A stretch of 61,319 nucleotides of DNA, filler included. It is 5 parts of 5 records of this genome, joined end to end, with 100 filler letters (N's around TTAATTAATTAA, not from the genome) between each part and the next. Parts side by side here need not be neighbours in the genome. Positions count along the whole stretch, not along the records: positions 1 to 26,825 come from SRR20825019_2854; positions 26,926 to 33,915 come from SRR20825019_2858; positions 34,016 to 40,306 come from SRR20825019_2861; 2 more parts are not named here. One strand, given 5' to 3'. This document shows, one piece after another, positions 24,761-35,447 of the stretch. Numbering within the stretch: position 1 is the first letter of the stretch; each line of letters begins with the position of its first letter. The notes under the pieces are model-generated. The model was not told the origin of the DNA and ran no database searches. It saw only the letters and a list, made by a program, of their open reading frames with translations. A program made the translations under genes and the position numbers.

Positions 24761-26825
24761 TTAGTTCCAAATGTTCTTGTTTCTAGAGGACGCGTTCAAC
24801 CCCGAACCAGGGGCACCAGGAGCACCAGGCGCAGCAGCCCCAGCCCCCGGCACACCCGTCCAAGTCGATCCAAATCCACCAAATCCACCAAGAGGCTGCC
24901 ACATGTCACCACTTGCCTGATTTTGAATACCTGTCTGCTGGCCTGACGCCGCCAAACCTCCAAACGCACCAAGGCCGCCACCAAGACCCGGTGGCATTGT
25001 GCTTCCATGCCCGGACTTGGCCGATGAATCCTCCTCCAGTACATCACCTACACCTGGCGGCAGGTCAGCGGACAACCATGACGTTTGCTGCTGCATCTTC
25101 GCCCATTCGGCTTCCTTAGACCCCTCCTCGCTTGCTCCACTCCCACTCCGCATGCCTTTCCATAACCCACCAACACCACCGACGCCACTGTCTCCATGAC
25201 CAGCGTCCATCTTTGGCATCCATGGCTCCGGCACGTACTCACGGTCAATACCATTCAACGAAAGATCGTCTGGAGTCATCAGGGCTGAAACACCCTTAGG
25301 AGACTGGACATTCGATGGCGCCGACGAGATCCCAGCCATTCTTTCAGGCGACTGTGTCTCCCCAACGTTCATCCAGGGGAATATCTCCTCGAGTTCTTCT
25401 GGCTGTGGAGCTTTCTTACCGGCCCTATCCGCAGATGACGGCATTCTATCACCGCTACCCGAAGATAAGGGCATTTGCCCAGGCCCAGCCGCGTGAAGAC
25501 CACCCAATGGGCCGCCGATATCAATGCCAAGAGGATTATTGAGGCCCAACCCTAAACCACCACCACCCATTGCTAGACCAGGAGGCTTTGACCCGGCACC
25601 ATCTCGCCGAAGTTGCATCTGGGGATTTGCAGCATTCTTTGATGCATTATGAGACTCCACACCCAACACACCGGCATTGAAGTTAACCACGCCAGGAGCG
25701 CCTTCACCAAACGCCAACCCTGGAGCTTGCCTCGCCATGCCCGCAGAGACAGGGATGCTGATATTAGACCCTTCACTCCCTGTAGGTGAGGAGGAAGCAG
25801 CATTCGCCTGGATAGGTCTCTTGTTACCAGCATCCTTCAATGCAGACCAACCATGCTGCAAAGCCGACACCTGGACAGCCTTAGCTTGGTCTCTACTGTT
25901 CCCACCTTGATTTGCGCCAGCCTTTCCGCCCCAAACATCAGCGCCACCACCCGAAGGCACATTGCCCACGTTAGCCTGTGCCTTTGTATTGCCCGCGTGA
26001 GGAGCAGGCTGCTTGTACTGCAACCTTCCATTCTTCAGAAGCATATTGTTATCAGCTGGCTGCCGAATCCTGAGCTTGGTATCGGCAATCATCAAGCTAG
26101 GGCCGTAATACTTCAAGTCTATACCCATATTACGTTCATACATAAACTTGTTGACCATGAAAAGACGATCATTGTCTAATGAATGCAAGTTGCTGAATTG
26201 CACATCCTTAGAGCCAGGGACATAACGAACATGATCCTCAACCCTAAAGCCAGACGCCAGCAATGCTTCGAACACAGCAGACGCGCTGTTCGCTTTCTTT
26301 CCGGCAGGAGCATTCTGCTGCGCAGGCTGGGCCTGGGCTGGTGCAGGAGTGCTTATTGCCGGGGTTGCTGCGGGTACAGCAGTCTTCACAGGGGCAGGAG
26401 CGGCAATTGAAGCAGAAACAATGGGAATTTGGGATCCCACCGAAGGAATGGCCGGGCGGCCAGACACGTTAATATTAGCCATCCTGCCACTAAGCAGAAG
26501 CTCAATCGCCGAATTGACATTAGGAGCATTCGCCAAGGCAATAGATGCTTTGTCGGCAGGGAAGCCCATATCAATCAAGTTCTTCAGCTCAACACTCATG
26601 CCCTTCTTTGCTTCTGTGGAAGAAGAATTATTCTTTTCGGAGTCCTTTTCAGGTGAATGCGTCGCAGTTCCAGCACCACTAGGAATATCAATATTCTCTG
26701 GGATATCGAACGGATTTTGGGTAGTCAAGGGTGTCGTTGCACCAGAACCCCCTGATTCCTTGGCCATCCCCTCACTCAACTCCTCCTCGTTATTCTTCTT
26801 CTTCTTGTTCTTCTTCTTGTTCTTC
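24761..26825 (-). CDS. UBA-domain low-complexity protein, 5'-truncated at contig end
   Basis: Open frame of at least 672 aa; LIDMGFPADKASIALANAPNVNSAIELLL is a UBA motif; contig ends in a GAA/AAG repeat. Confidence 0.7.
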
Positions 26826-26925
26826 NNNNNNNNNNNNNNNNNNNNNNNNNNNNNNNNNNNNNNNNNNNNTTAATTAATTAANNNNNNNNNNNNNNNNNNN
26901 NNNNNNNNNNNNNNNNNNNNNNNNN
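26826..26925. other. Artificial contig linker (N-TTAATTAATTAA-N)
   Basis: Six-frame stop linker; composition and gene type change across it. Confidence 0.98.
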
Positions 26926-27237
26926 AAACCGGCAAAGATTTTCTTTGTCATTACCCTGCCCATGATCCTGCCGGCCCTGTTGGCCGGGTGGCTTTTGTCA
27001 TTTACCCTGTCGCTTGACGATCTGGTGATTGCAAGCTTCGTCGCCGGTCCGGGCTCCACCACCCTGCCGATGAAGGTTTTCTCATCCGTGCGACTGGGTG
27101 TTTCGCCGGAAATCAACGCGCTCGCGACACTGATCATCCTTGCCGTATCGGTGATGATCGTAATTTCTAGCCTGCTGATCCTGCGGTCAGAACGGGCGCG
27201 AACCCGATCCATGAACCAGACGACAATCGATACCTGA
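26926..27237 (+). CDS. Polyamine ABC transporter permease (PotC/PotI-type), partial
   Basis: LLSFTLSLDDLVIASFVAGPGSTTLPMKVFSSVRLGVSPEINALAT. Confidence 0.9.
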   Translation, partial: KPAKIFFVITLPMILPALLAGWLLSFTLSLDDLVIASFVAGPGSTTLPMKVFSSVRLGVSPEINALATLIILAVSVMIVISSLLILRSERARTRSMNQTTIDT

Positions 27238-27255
27238 TGTCATGTCGCCCAATGC

Positions 27256-27292
27256 AAAAAAGCAGCACCTTCGCGGGTGCTGCTTTTTTTTT
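27256..27292. terminator. Bidirectional rho-independent terminator
   Basis: AGCAGCACC/GGTGCTGCT stem flanked by A- and T-runs between convergent genes. Confidence 0.85.
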
Positions 27293-27326
27293 GATGCTGA
27301 TTGAAAAGCCGATGGCAAAACCGAAA

Positions 27327-28040
27327 TCAGGCCCGGTTCTGTTCTTCCATCTGACGCAGGAATTCACGACATTTCATACCCGGCGCAAGAACACGCCAGT
27401 ACGACACCACCGCTTCTTCGGTTGCCACACTGAAATCAATAATCAGATTATCAAGCGCGTTCTGGCGCATCAGTTCGGCAACACGTTCCGGAATCTGTGA
27501 CATCTGCCACATGCCAATCACCAATGCATAGGATGTCCGCATCAGCTTGTTGGCATTCTCGGGCGTGATGGCATACAGCTCGGACAGGGCATCTGCCGTC
27601 CGTTTCACCATGGAAGAAATAAATCTTCGATGGCTTAGAACCGCTTCATCGTCCGTCCCCTGCTCAAGAACCCCCTGTGACAGGGACGCCAGATGCAGGA
27701 ATTGCTTCCGTTTGACAAGATACTGCACGAATTGTTGTGCAACGCGTGCTGAATCCCGTTCTTCGGGACGGCGTAACGCTTCCTGTTCAATCACTTCAAG
27801 GTTGTTTTCAAACCACCCCTTCAGGAACCCGCGCAGGACTTCCAGAAAAAGGGCTTCCTTGCTTGAAAAATAAAGATACAGCGTGCCTTTGGCGAGACTG
27901 GCCTTTTTGGCGACTTCGGCTGCCGATGGCAGTTGTCCGTCCCCCTCAAGATAAAGCGCCTCGGCTGCGACAAGTATATCGTTTCTACGTTTCAGTTTTT
28001 GCTCGTGGCTACGCGCACGAACAAGACATTCGTTTTCCAT
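27327..28040 (-). CDS. TetR-family transcriptional regulator
   Basis: N-terminal HTH VAKKASLAKGTLYLYFSSKEALF. Confidence 0.9.
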   Translation of the reverse strand: MENECLVRARSHEQKLKRRNDILVAAEALYLEGDGQLPSAAEVAKKASLAKGTLYLYFSSKEALFLEVLRGFLKGWFENNLEVIEQEALRRPEERDSARVAQQFVQYLVKRKQFLHLASLSQGVLEQGTDDEAVLSHRRFISSMVKRTADALSELYAITPENANKLMRTSYALVIGMWQMSQIPERVAELMRQNALDNLIIDFSVATEEAVVSYWRVLAPGMKCREFLRQMEEQNRA

Positions 28041-28518
28041 AGAGAATTATTCCCCCAACATTCTCCCTGAACTTATATTAATGCCTATTAATTCATTCAA
28101 AAGTCAAATCGCGCGGTGACTTTCGATAGATAAAATCAAAGAAACGTCGATGTAACAAACAGTTCGCCTGCATTTTTTGAGCGCACGTTAGATGAACAAT
28201 AGTCACCACACAGCAATCACGAAACGTATTTGCGAACAAAAATCGCGAATCTGTACAGATTTGATTCGCTGCGGCTGCGAAGTCCCGATTGCGGCACGCG
28301 CGAAATACCTGATGGGTAGCCTTCATACCAAAACCATTCAACCGCCAGCTACTTCTGGTAACAAAAATGGCCCTGATTGGGCGTCCCTAACCTTTTGAGT
28401 GGGTGATCTTGTTGATAAACCACGTTAAATCAAACTTGGGGAAGATTAAAATCCGCGAAAACAAGCGGTGTCATTTTTCACCACTGATCCTGAAACTGGT
28501 CTTAGAACCGAGGGGACT

Positions 28519-29784
28519 ATGAGCACACACGACGAAAATGAACTTCCTGAAGCCAATAATGGCTCTCAGGCGGCGGCAGATATTGCTGAAAACAGCGAAA
28601 ACGCCGAATACCATAACGGCCAGATTCAATATTACGGTCGCTGGCAGGACGTTCTGAAACTTTGCTGCTGGAACACGCTTTGGACCATCCTGACATTGGG
28701 CATATTCCGTTTCTGGGCCAAAACCCGGATGCGCCGCTATATCTGGAGCAACATCGTCATTGATGGTGATGCGTTGGAATATACCGGCCGCGGGTTGGAA
28801 CTTTTCCTTGGCTTCCTGATTATCTCGGTCATCTTTATCCCCGCGTCCCTGCTGCTGGGCTTTATCTCGGCCCAACTGCCCCCGGCCATGCAGGGATTGC
28901 AGATTATCGTGATGTATGCCGTCATTCTGTTTCTGATTTTTGTCGCGATCTATCGCGCCACGCGCTATCGCATGAGCCGCACCTTCTGGCGCGGCATTCG
29001 CGGGAAACTGGGCGGTTCGTCCTTCAAATATGCCCTGATCGGCTTTGGCAGCTTTTTGGCAGCCATCCTGTCGCTGGGCATTCTGATGCCGCTCAGCTTT
29101 ATTACGCTGACCCGCTATGAAACCAACAACACCTGGATCGGCGACCATCAGGCACGCTTTACCGGTACATTCGGCCCTGCCTTCAAAAAGTGGATCCTGA
29201 CCTGGCTCCTGTGTCTGGTCGCGATTGCCATATCGGGCGGCATTATTGCGGCGGCGGTTAACTTTACGCACTCCCCGTTTTATATCGTGCCGCTGGCCTT
29301 TATTCCGTATCTCGTGATCGTCTTCGGGATGGCCTGGTACCATGTATGGTGCTTCCGGTATCAAAGCGAAAACACCACCCTTGCAGGCCTGCAATTTGGC
29401 AGCACGCTAGCGACCAGGCAATATATCAAACTGTTGCTGCGCTTCCTGCTGTTGATGGTTTTGGCGGGGATTGTCTTTGTTGCCCTGCTGTCGGTCACCG
29501 GTGGTTTTGCCGCATTCTCGATCCTTGCAAATAACGCGGCATCCTATATGCCACCGGAACAGGTTCTGGCGATCCTGGCACCGTTCTTTATCCTGATGCT
29601 GCTTGCAACACCTGTCTTCGGCATCCTGACATTTGTCGGGCTGACCCATCCGATGCTGGCACTGCATGTTTCATCGCTGGTATATGACGGTGACATCGCA
29701 GAACTGCATCAGAACACGGATGCACAGAACGTCCCGCGCACCGGCGAAGGTCTTGCAGAAGCCTTTGATCTGGGCGGGATTTAA
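28519..29784 (+). CDS. YjgN/DUF898 family inner-membrane protein
   Basis: NTLWTILTLGIFRFWAKTRMRRY, EYTGRGLELFLG, YRMSRTFWRGIR; multiple TM helices. Confidence 0.85.
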   Translation: MSTHDENELPEANNGSQAAADIAENSENAEYHNGQIQYYGRWQDVLKLCCWNTLWTILTLGIFRFWAKTRMRRYIWSNIVIDGDALEYTGRGLELFLGFLIISVIFIPASLLLGFISAQLPPAMQGLQIIVMYAVILFLIFVAIYRATRYRMSRTFWRGIRGKLGGSSFKYALIGFGSFLAAILSLGILMPLSFITLTRYETNNTWIGDHQARFTGTFGPAFKKWILTWLLCLVAIAISGGIIAAAVNFTHSPFYIVPLAFIPYLVIVFGMAWYHVWCFRYQSENTTLAGLQFGSTLATRQYIKLLLRFLLLMVLAGIVFVALLSVTGGFAAFSILANNAASYMPPEQVLAILAPFFILMLLATPVFGILTFVGLTHPMLALHVSSLVYDGDIAELHQNTDAQNVPRTGEGLAEAFDLGGI

Positions 29785-29796
29785 CAAGGCATTTTG

Positions 29797-30879
29797 ATGA
29801 ACAGCTTGCCCAATGCCCGTCTTTTTGACGGTAAAACATCGTTGGCAACGAATGTAACGGTCGGCATATCCGACCGTTACATTACCCTGTATCTGCCAGA
29901 CGGCGGGGAACAGGTGCTGTCAAAAGACAGTGTTTATCTGTGTGAAAAGATCGAAAAGGGAAAACCGCTTCGTTTGCGAAAGCGCAAGGATGATGGATTT
30001 CGCCTGATTTTTGACGATCCGCACTCCAAGGCCTTCATTGTCGAAAACCTGCCCGGACTTGCCGTGGACGAAGGGGCCACACGGGCAAAAGTCCGGCTTG
30101 CGTCTGGTATCATCGGTTTCTCCGCGGCAATTGCCCTGCTGATCTGGCAGGGCATGCCGTTGATGATCGATCTGGTCATCGCGGTGTATCCACGTTCCAT
30201 GGAAACGGATATGGGACGCAACGCACGCGAACAGATCGTGGCGATCATGGGCGAAGACCGCGACGGGACAAGTGCGTGTGCGATCAACGATCCCGCACAA
30301 AAGGTCATCACCACCATTCTGGGCCGCTTTGAACAAACCGGCGCACTGACATATGACTACCAAACCACCGTACTGCGCAGCGATATCGAAAACGCCCTTG
30401 CCCTGCCCGGCGGGCAGATCATTGTATTTTCCGAACTGATAAAAAAGGCGGAAAATCCCGAAGCTCTGGCTGGCGTTCTGGCCCATGAAATCGGCCATAC
30501 GGAAATGCAGCATGGCCTTAAAAAACTGTTTTCAGGTATCGCGCTTGGGCAGCTTGTCCGATTGATGACCGGCGGAGCCGACCTTCCGGTCGGCTTTGTC
30601 ATGGAACAAAGCTATTCCCGGGACATGGAAACCGATGCCGATCACTTTGCTCTTGAACTGATGGGTGACGCCAGCATCGAAACCCAAAGCACGGCAAAGC
30701 TGTTTCGCACAATCTCCACCGAAAGCAGATATGCCGAAATTGCCAGTTTCCTGCCGGAAATCCTAAGCTCGCACCCGGAAATGACAGGTCGGATCGACCT
30801 GTTTGAACAAAGCGACATCACAGGTACGCTTGATATCAATCCGCAGGACTGGAAAGCCTTGCAAACGGTCTGCGACTAA
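29797..30879 (+). CDS. M48-family Zn metallopeptidase
   Basis: NALALPGG, VLAHEIGH (HExxH), YSRDMETDAD, SSHP. Confidence 0.9.
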   Translation: MNSLPNARLFDGKTSLATNVTVGISDRYITLYLPDGGEQVLSKDSVYLCEKIEKGKPLRLRKRKDDGFRLIFDDPHSKAFIVENLPGLAVDEGATRAKVRLASGIIGFSAAIALLIWQGMPLMIDLVIAVYPRSMETDMGRNAREQIVAIMGEDRDGTSACAINDPAQKVITTILGRFEQTGALTYDYQTTVLRSDIENALALPGGQIIVFSELIKKAENPEALAGVLAHEIGHTEMQHGLKKLFSGIALGQLVRLMTGGADLPVGFVMEQSYSRDMETDADHFALELMGDASIETQSTAKLFRTISTESRYAEIASFLPEILSSHPEMTGRIDLFEQSDITGTLDINPQDWKALQTVCD

Positions 30880-30929
30880 CCACGTTGGAACCGGACAGGC
30901 CATAAAACTGCCCGCCTCGCTTGAGCGGA

Positions 30930-31388
30930 TCAGACCGGCAATTCGGTCGTGCGTTTGACTTCGCGCAGGGTGATGATGGTCTGGACCCGTTCCACCCCCG
31001 GAAGCTGGGTCAGGACTTCGCTGTGGATGCGTTCATAGTCGGCAGTATTGCTGTAAACCACATGCACCAGATAGTCGCTCTGCCCCGCAAGAAGGTAACA
31101 TTCCACGACTTCCGGGACCGACTGGATTTCCTTTTCAAAGGTTTCAAGCGCCTCGCGGGTCTGGCGTGCGATCGAGATATTGACGAATGCATTGCCCGGT
31201 TTGCCGATGCGGGCCGGATTAAGCAGCATCGTGTAACGATCAATCAGACCGGCTTCTTCCAGAAGCCTGACACGGCGCAAGCAGGCCGACGCCGATAAAT
31301 TGACCTTTTCGGCCAGTTCGGCGTTGCTGATACGACCGTCGCGCTGAAGCAGCCGCAGGATCATCCGGTCACGTTCGTCCATCTGCAT
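30930..31388 (-). CDS. Lrp/AsnC-family regulator (AldR-like), divergent from ald
   Basis: DRMILRLLQRDGRISNAELAEKVNLSASACLRRV HTH plus RAM domain. Confidence 0.92.
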   Translation of the reverse strand: MQMDERDRMILRLLQRDGRISNAELAEKVNLSASACLRRVRLLEEAGLIDRYTMLLNPARIGKPGNAFVNISIARQTREALETFEKEIQSVPEVVECYLLAGQSDYLVHVVYSNTADYERIHSEVLTQLPGVERVQTIITLREVKRTTELPV

Positions 31389-31556
31389 TTCGAATATTCT
31401 CCCTGCCTGAAGCGGATTTTTTAAAATTATATAGCATTAATACCATCAAACTCACCGATGATTGAAGGGAAATTGCCACAATTTTCGGGTATCCTGCATA
31501 GATAACTAAAAACGGGAGAACCGTTATCATCGCCACGTTTGTCCGGGAGAGAAACA

Positions 31557-32672
31557 ATGCTGATTGGCATTCCGAAAGAAATCAAAAACCATGAATATCG
31601 CGTCGGCCTGACCCCGAGTTCCGTGCGTGAAGCCACGGCCCACGGGCATGACGTCATCATCGAAACCAATGCTGGTGCCGGTATCGGTTGCAGCAACGAT
31701 GATTACGTCGCCGCCGGCGCAAAAATCGTCGATACCGCGGCCGAAATCTTTGCCAAATCCGAAATGATCGTAAAGGTCAAGGAACCGCAGAAAGTCGAAT
31801 ACGAGCAGCTCCGCGAAGGGCAGCTTCTGTTTACCTACCTTCATCTGGCGCCCGATCCGGAACAGACCGAGGGTCTGATCAAATCCGGGGTGACGGCGAT
31901 TGCCTATGAAACCGTTACCGATAAAAATGGTGGTCTGCCATTGCTGGCCCCGATGTCCGAAGTTGCCGGGCGCATGGCACCGCAGGTCGGTGCAGCGGCC
32001 CTGCAAAAGGCCAATGGCGGACGTGGCATGTTGCTAGGCGGTGTGCCCGGTGTTGCCCCGGCCAAGGTCGTTGTAATCGGCGGCGGCGTTGTCGGCACCA
32101 ATGCCGCCCGCATTGCCGCGGGCATGGGCGCGGATGTCATCATTCTCGACAAGAATGTCAAACGCCTGACCTATATTGACGATGTGTTTGGCCCGCGCAT
32201 CAAAACGCAATATGCCACCATCGATGATACCGAGGCACTGGTCTATGATGCCGACATGGTTGTCGGTGCGGTTTTGATCCCGGGTGCCGCCGCCCCGAAA
32301 CTGATCCACAAGGACCAGCTTTCAAAAATGAAGCCGGGTTCGGTGATTGTCGATGTCGCGATTGATCAGGGCGGCTGCTTTGAAACATCCAAAGCCACCA
32401 CCCATGCCGATCCGACCTATATCGTCGATGACGTGGTGCATTACTGTGTTGCCAACATGCCCGGTGCGGTGGCCCGCACATCGACCTTTGCGCTCAACAA
32501 CGCGACCCTGCCCTTCACCCTTGCCCTTGCCGACAAGGGCTGGAAAAAAGCCTGCCAGGACGACCCGCATCTGGCGGCAGGGCTAAACGTTCACGAAGGT
32601 CGCATCACCTATGAGGCCGTCGCACGTGATCTTGGGTACGATTACCTGCCCCTTGATCGTGTGCTGGCGTAA
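31557..32672 (+). CDS. ald: Alanine dehydrogenase
   Basis: MLIGIPKEIKNHEYRVG, FTYLHLA, GGGVVG, DVAIDQGG, HYCVANMPG. Confidence 0.97.
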   Translation: MLIGIPKEIKNHEYRVGLTPSSVREATAHGHDVIIETNAGAGIGCSNDDYVAAGAKIVDTAAEIFAKSEMIVKVKEPQKVEYEQLREGQLLFTYLHLAPDPEQTEGLIKSGVTAIAYETVTDKNGGLPLLAPMSEVAGRMAPQVGAAALQKANGGRGMLLGGVPGVAPAKVVVIGGGVVGTNAARIAAGMGADVIILDKNVKRLTYIDDVFGPRIKTQYATIDDTEALVYDADMVVGAVLIPGAAAPKLIHKDQLSKMKPGSVIVDVAIDQGGCFETSKATTHADPTYIVDDVVHYCVANMPGAVARTSTFALNNATLPFTLALADKGWKKACQDDPHLAAGLNVHEGRITYEAVARDLGYDYLPLDRVLA

Positions 32673-32719
32673 ACCAGCTTAACGTAACCTCCCGGCAGGA
32701 CTAGTCACCCTGCCCCACG

Positions 32720-32752
32720 CAAACCCCGCCAATCATTTTGGCGGGGTTTGTT
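32720..32752 (+). terminator. Hairpin terminator after ald
   Basis: CAAACCCCGCCAA/TTGGCGGGGTTTG stem. Confidence 0.7.
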
Positions 32753-32797
32753 GTCCTGAGCTATGCTAGCCTTGCTGAAAAATACATTCGGGATGAA

Positions 32798-33469
32798 ATG
32801 ATCATGGAAATATCGATGCTGATCGGGGCGATGGTCGCGGCCGCCATCTATACCCTGACACCCGGCCCGGCCTTTTTGGCGATGCTGGGCATTGGTGCCG
32901 CACAGGGGCGAAAGGCAAGTGCCGGTTTCCTGTTCGGGCATTTTGCCGGGGACATCATGTGGGCCAGTCTGGCGCTGGTGGCGATCATCGGGTCACGCGT
33001 CCTTGATCCGATGGTGTTTGATATTCTGGCGATGATTTGCGGGGTCTACCTGTTCTGGCTTGGTATCCGGGCTGTCACCGCCAAGCGCAAGGTCGATGGT
33101 GCGGTGAGCATGACCGTCCGCCACCCGTGGCGGCGCGGCATCATTTTCGGTATCACCAACCCAAAGGGATACCCAGTCGCGGTCGCGATGTTCACAGCCC
33201 TTCTGGCACAGGATGCCGCGTCGCTTGGCTGGGACAGTATGACGGGGCTTTTACTGGCCTCTGCCGTCGGGTTTCTGATCGCCGATCTGATCCTGATCTG
33301 GATTGTCGGACTTGGCGTGTTGCGCCGGATGTATCAGCGCCACGAAATCTGGATCGTGCGCGCCACCGGGGTTTTATTTATCGGTTTTGCAGTTCAGGCA
33401 ATCGCCAATGCCCTGCCCAACCTCGGCCACAGCCTTGCACACGGGTTCAGCACGCTTCGCAAACCCTAA
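32798..33469 (+). CDS. LysE/RhtB-family amino-acid exporter
   Basis: TPGPA, G.YLFWLG, GITNPKG motifs; hydrophobic. Confidence 0.88.
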   Translation: MIMEISMLIGAMVAAAIYTLTPGPAFLAMLGIGAAQGRKASAGFLFGHFAGDIMWASLALVAIIGSRVLDPMVFDILAMICGVYLFWLGIRAVTAKRKVDGAVSMTVRHPWRRGIIFGITNPKGYPVAVAMFTALLAQDAASLGWDSMTGLLLASAVGFLIADLILIWIVGLGVLRRMYQRHEIWIVRATGVLFIGFAVQAIANALPNLGHSLAHGFSTLRKP

Positions 33470-33489
33470 TCATTCTTGATACCCCAAAC

Positions 33490-33521
33490 AAAAAGCCGCC
33501 CGGCGAACCGGGCGGCTTTTT
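33490..33521. terminator. Bidirectional terminator
   Basis: AAAAAGCCGCCCGG-CGAA-CCGGGCGGCTTTTT between convergent genes. Confidence 0.85.
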
Positions 33522-33542
33522 GGCTGTTATGGTTTGGACGAC

Positions 33543-33915
33543 TTAAAATTCGACCTGCGTCACATCGCGAACCGCACCCTGATCGGCACTGGTTGCAAGC
33601 GCGGCATAGGCACGAAGGGCCGTTGTCACCTTGCGTTTGCGCGGCTTGGCCGGTTTCCAGGCATCCTTGCCCTTGGCTTCCATTTCCTGACGGCGCGCCG
33701 CCAGAACCGCATCATCAACCGCAATCCTGATCGACCGGTTCGGAATATCGATTTCGATGATATCGCCCGGCTCGATCAATGCGATATCCCCGCCTGCCGC
33801 GGCTTCCGGCGATACGTGGCCAATCGAAAGACCCGACGTCCCGCCCGAAAAACGCCCATCGGTGACAAGCGCACAGGCCTTGCCCAGCCCCATCGATTTC
33901 AGATAGCTGGTCGGA
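33543..33915 (-). CDS. ilvD: Dihydroxy-acid dehydratase, C-terminal part
   Basis: [42 protein letters not shown]. Confidence 0.95.
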
Positions 33916-34015
33916 NNNNNNNNNNNNNNNNNNNNNNNNNNNNNNNNNNNNNNNNNNNNTTAATTAATTAANNNNNNNNNNNNNNNNNNNNNNNNNNNNN
34001 NNNNNNNNNNNNNNN
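33916..34015. other. Artificial contig linker
   Basis: N-TTAATTAATTAA-N. Confidence 0.98.
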
Positions 34016-34155
34016 AAGCAGAAGCTACACCAAATACAGAAATGACATTGCTTGTTGATGTAAACATTGATTTATTAAAAGAATTACACGAACATGGAAG
34101 TGTTAGAATTCTAAAAGATAGAAGAACTGATTTATACGAAATAAAGAAAAAATAG
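34016..34155 (+). CDS. Carbon-nitrogen hydrolase family protein, C-terminal fragment
   Basis: AEATPNTEMTLLVDVNIDLLKELHEHGSVRILKDRRTDLY. Confidence 0.7.
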
Positions 34156-34205
34156 TATATTTATAGATAATAATCTCTCATAAGAGAAATTTAAACCTAT
34201 AAATT

Positions 34206-34358
34206 ATGAATGTAAAAATTACTGGAAAAGTTATTAAAATATTTTTATTAGGCGCATTTGCCATGTTTATTTTAATATTAATTGTTGATTGGGATGAATT
34301 TAAAAAAGGTTACAATGAAGGTATATCAGCACATAAAACAATGAATGTAACAAAGTAA
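34206..34358 (+). CDS. Small 50-aa single-TM hypothetical protein (absent from the ORF track)
   Basis: MNVKITGKVIKIFLLGAFAMFILILIVDWDEFKKGYNEG... Confidence 0.55.
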   Translation: MNVKITGKVIKIFLLGAFAMFILILIVDWDEFKKGYNEGISAHKTMNVTK

Positions 34359-34447
34359 GAAAGGATTATAAACTGAAATAAATGAATTTGTAATTAAAAG
34401 CACTTTCAAATCAATACACCTACTTAACAACTAAAGGTGAAATTAAA

Positions 34448-34798
34448 ATGGAAAAAACCTGTCTTGAATGTAATGAAAAACTTATAGGCAGAGCCGATAA
34501 AAAGTTTTGCAATGATTATTGTAGAAATGCATTTAATAATAATTTAAATAAAGACAGTAAAAATCTTATTAGGAATATAAATAACCGACTTCGAAAGAAT
34601 TACAGAATATTAGAAGCTTTAAATCCAGAAAACAAAACAAAAACCACAAAAACCAAATTATTAGACAGAGGATTTGATTTTGAACATTTTACAAGCACCT
34701 ATACTACCAAAAAGGGCACTACCTATTACTTTTTGTATGATTTAGGTTATTTACCGTTGGAAAACGATTATTATATGTTAGTCCGCAGAGAACAATAA
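34448..34798 (+). CDS. Conserved Bacteroidota hypothetical protein with N-terminal Zn-ribbon
   Basis: CLEC...GRADKKFCNDYCRN. Confidence 0.75.
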   Translation: MEKTCLECNEKLIGRADKKFCNDYCRNAFNNNLNKDSKNLIRNINNRLRKNYRILEALNPENKTKTTKTKLLDRGFDFEHFTSTYTTKKGTTYYFLYDLGYLPLENDYYMLVRREQ

Positions 34799-34802
34799 AG
34801 CA

Positions 34803-35264
34803 CTAATAATTATGACTGTTTAATTTTAAAGCAGCCACCACAATATCCTTACGACTTATTTGCCCAACCAATTTTCCGTGATCCATAACAGGCAATCTAC
34901 GGCGATGACCTTTGTAAAAACGAGAAGCTGCGTCAAAAATATTCATGTCATGTGGAATTGTTTCCACATCTCTAGTCATAAAATTTTCCACATTTTTATC
35001 GAGAATTGGCATGTTAAAATAGCGACTTTCAGAAATTTGCTTCATACAATCTGCTTCAGATATTATCCCAACTAAATGTCCATTTTCATCACAGACAGGC
35101 CCTCCAGAAATCCGATGTTTTAAAAAAAGTTCCATTACTTCCAAAATAGATTGATCTGGTTTAAAAAGCACTAAATTTTTAGTCATATAATCTTCCACTA
35201 AAATTGGAGCATTATACTTCTTTTTTTGTTCTTCCCTTGCTCCTTGAAAACTTTTAATTCCCAT
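34803..35264 (-). CDS. CBS-domain protein
   Basis: Tandem CBS motifs VEDYMT..ISGGPV..LVGIISEAD and RRLPV..GKLVGQISRKD. Confidence 0.9.
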   Translation of the reverse strand: MGIKSFQGAREEQKKKYNAPILVEDYMTKNLVLFKPDQSILEVMELFLKHRISGGPVCDENGHLVGIISEADCMKQISESRYFNMPILDKNVENFMTRDVETIPHDMNIFDAASRFYKGHRRRLPVMDHGKLVGQISRKDIVVAALKLNSHNY

Positions 35265-35447
35265 ATTCTTGCAGATTTTTTTGATTGGTGTGAAATATAA
35301 ATATAATCAATATTCTTTGAATAAAATAAATTATTCGTAATCTTATTGTTAATTATCGTGATAATCATAAAATAACAAACTTGAATTCATCATTATGAAA
35401 AATAAAATTCTTATCCCTATATTTATAAAGCTAACGAACCTAAAGAT

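Noticed and set aside
26870-26881. TTAATTAATTAA repeated four times
   Set aside because: Artificial linker, not a biological repeat
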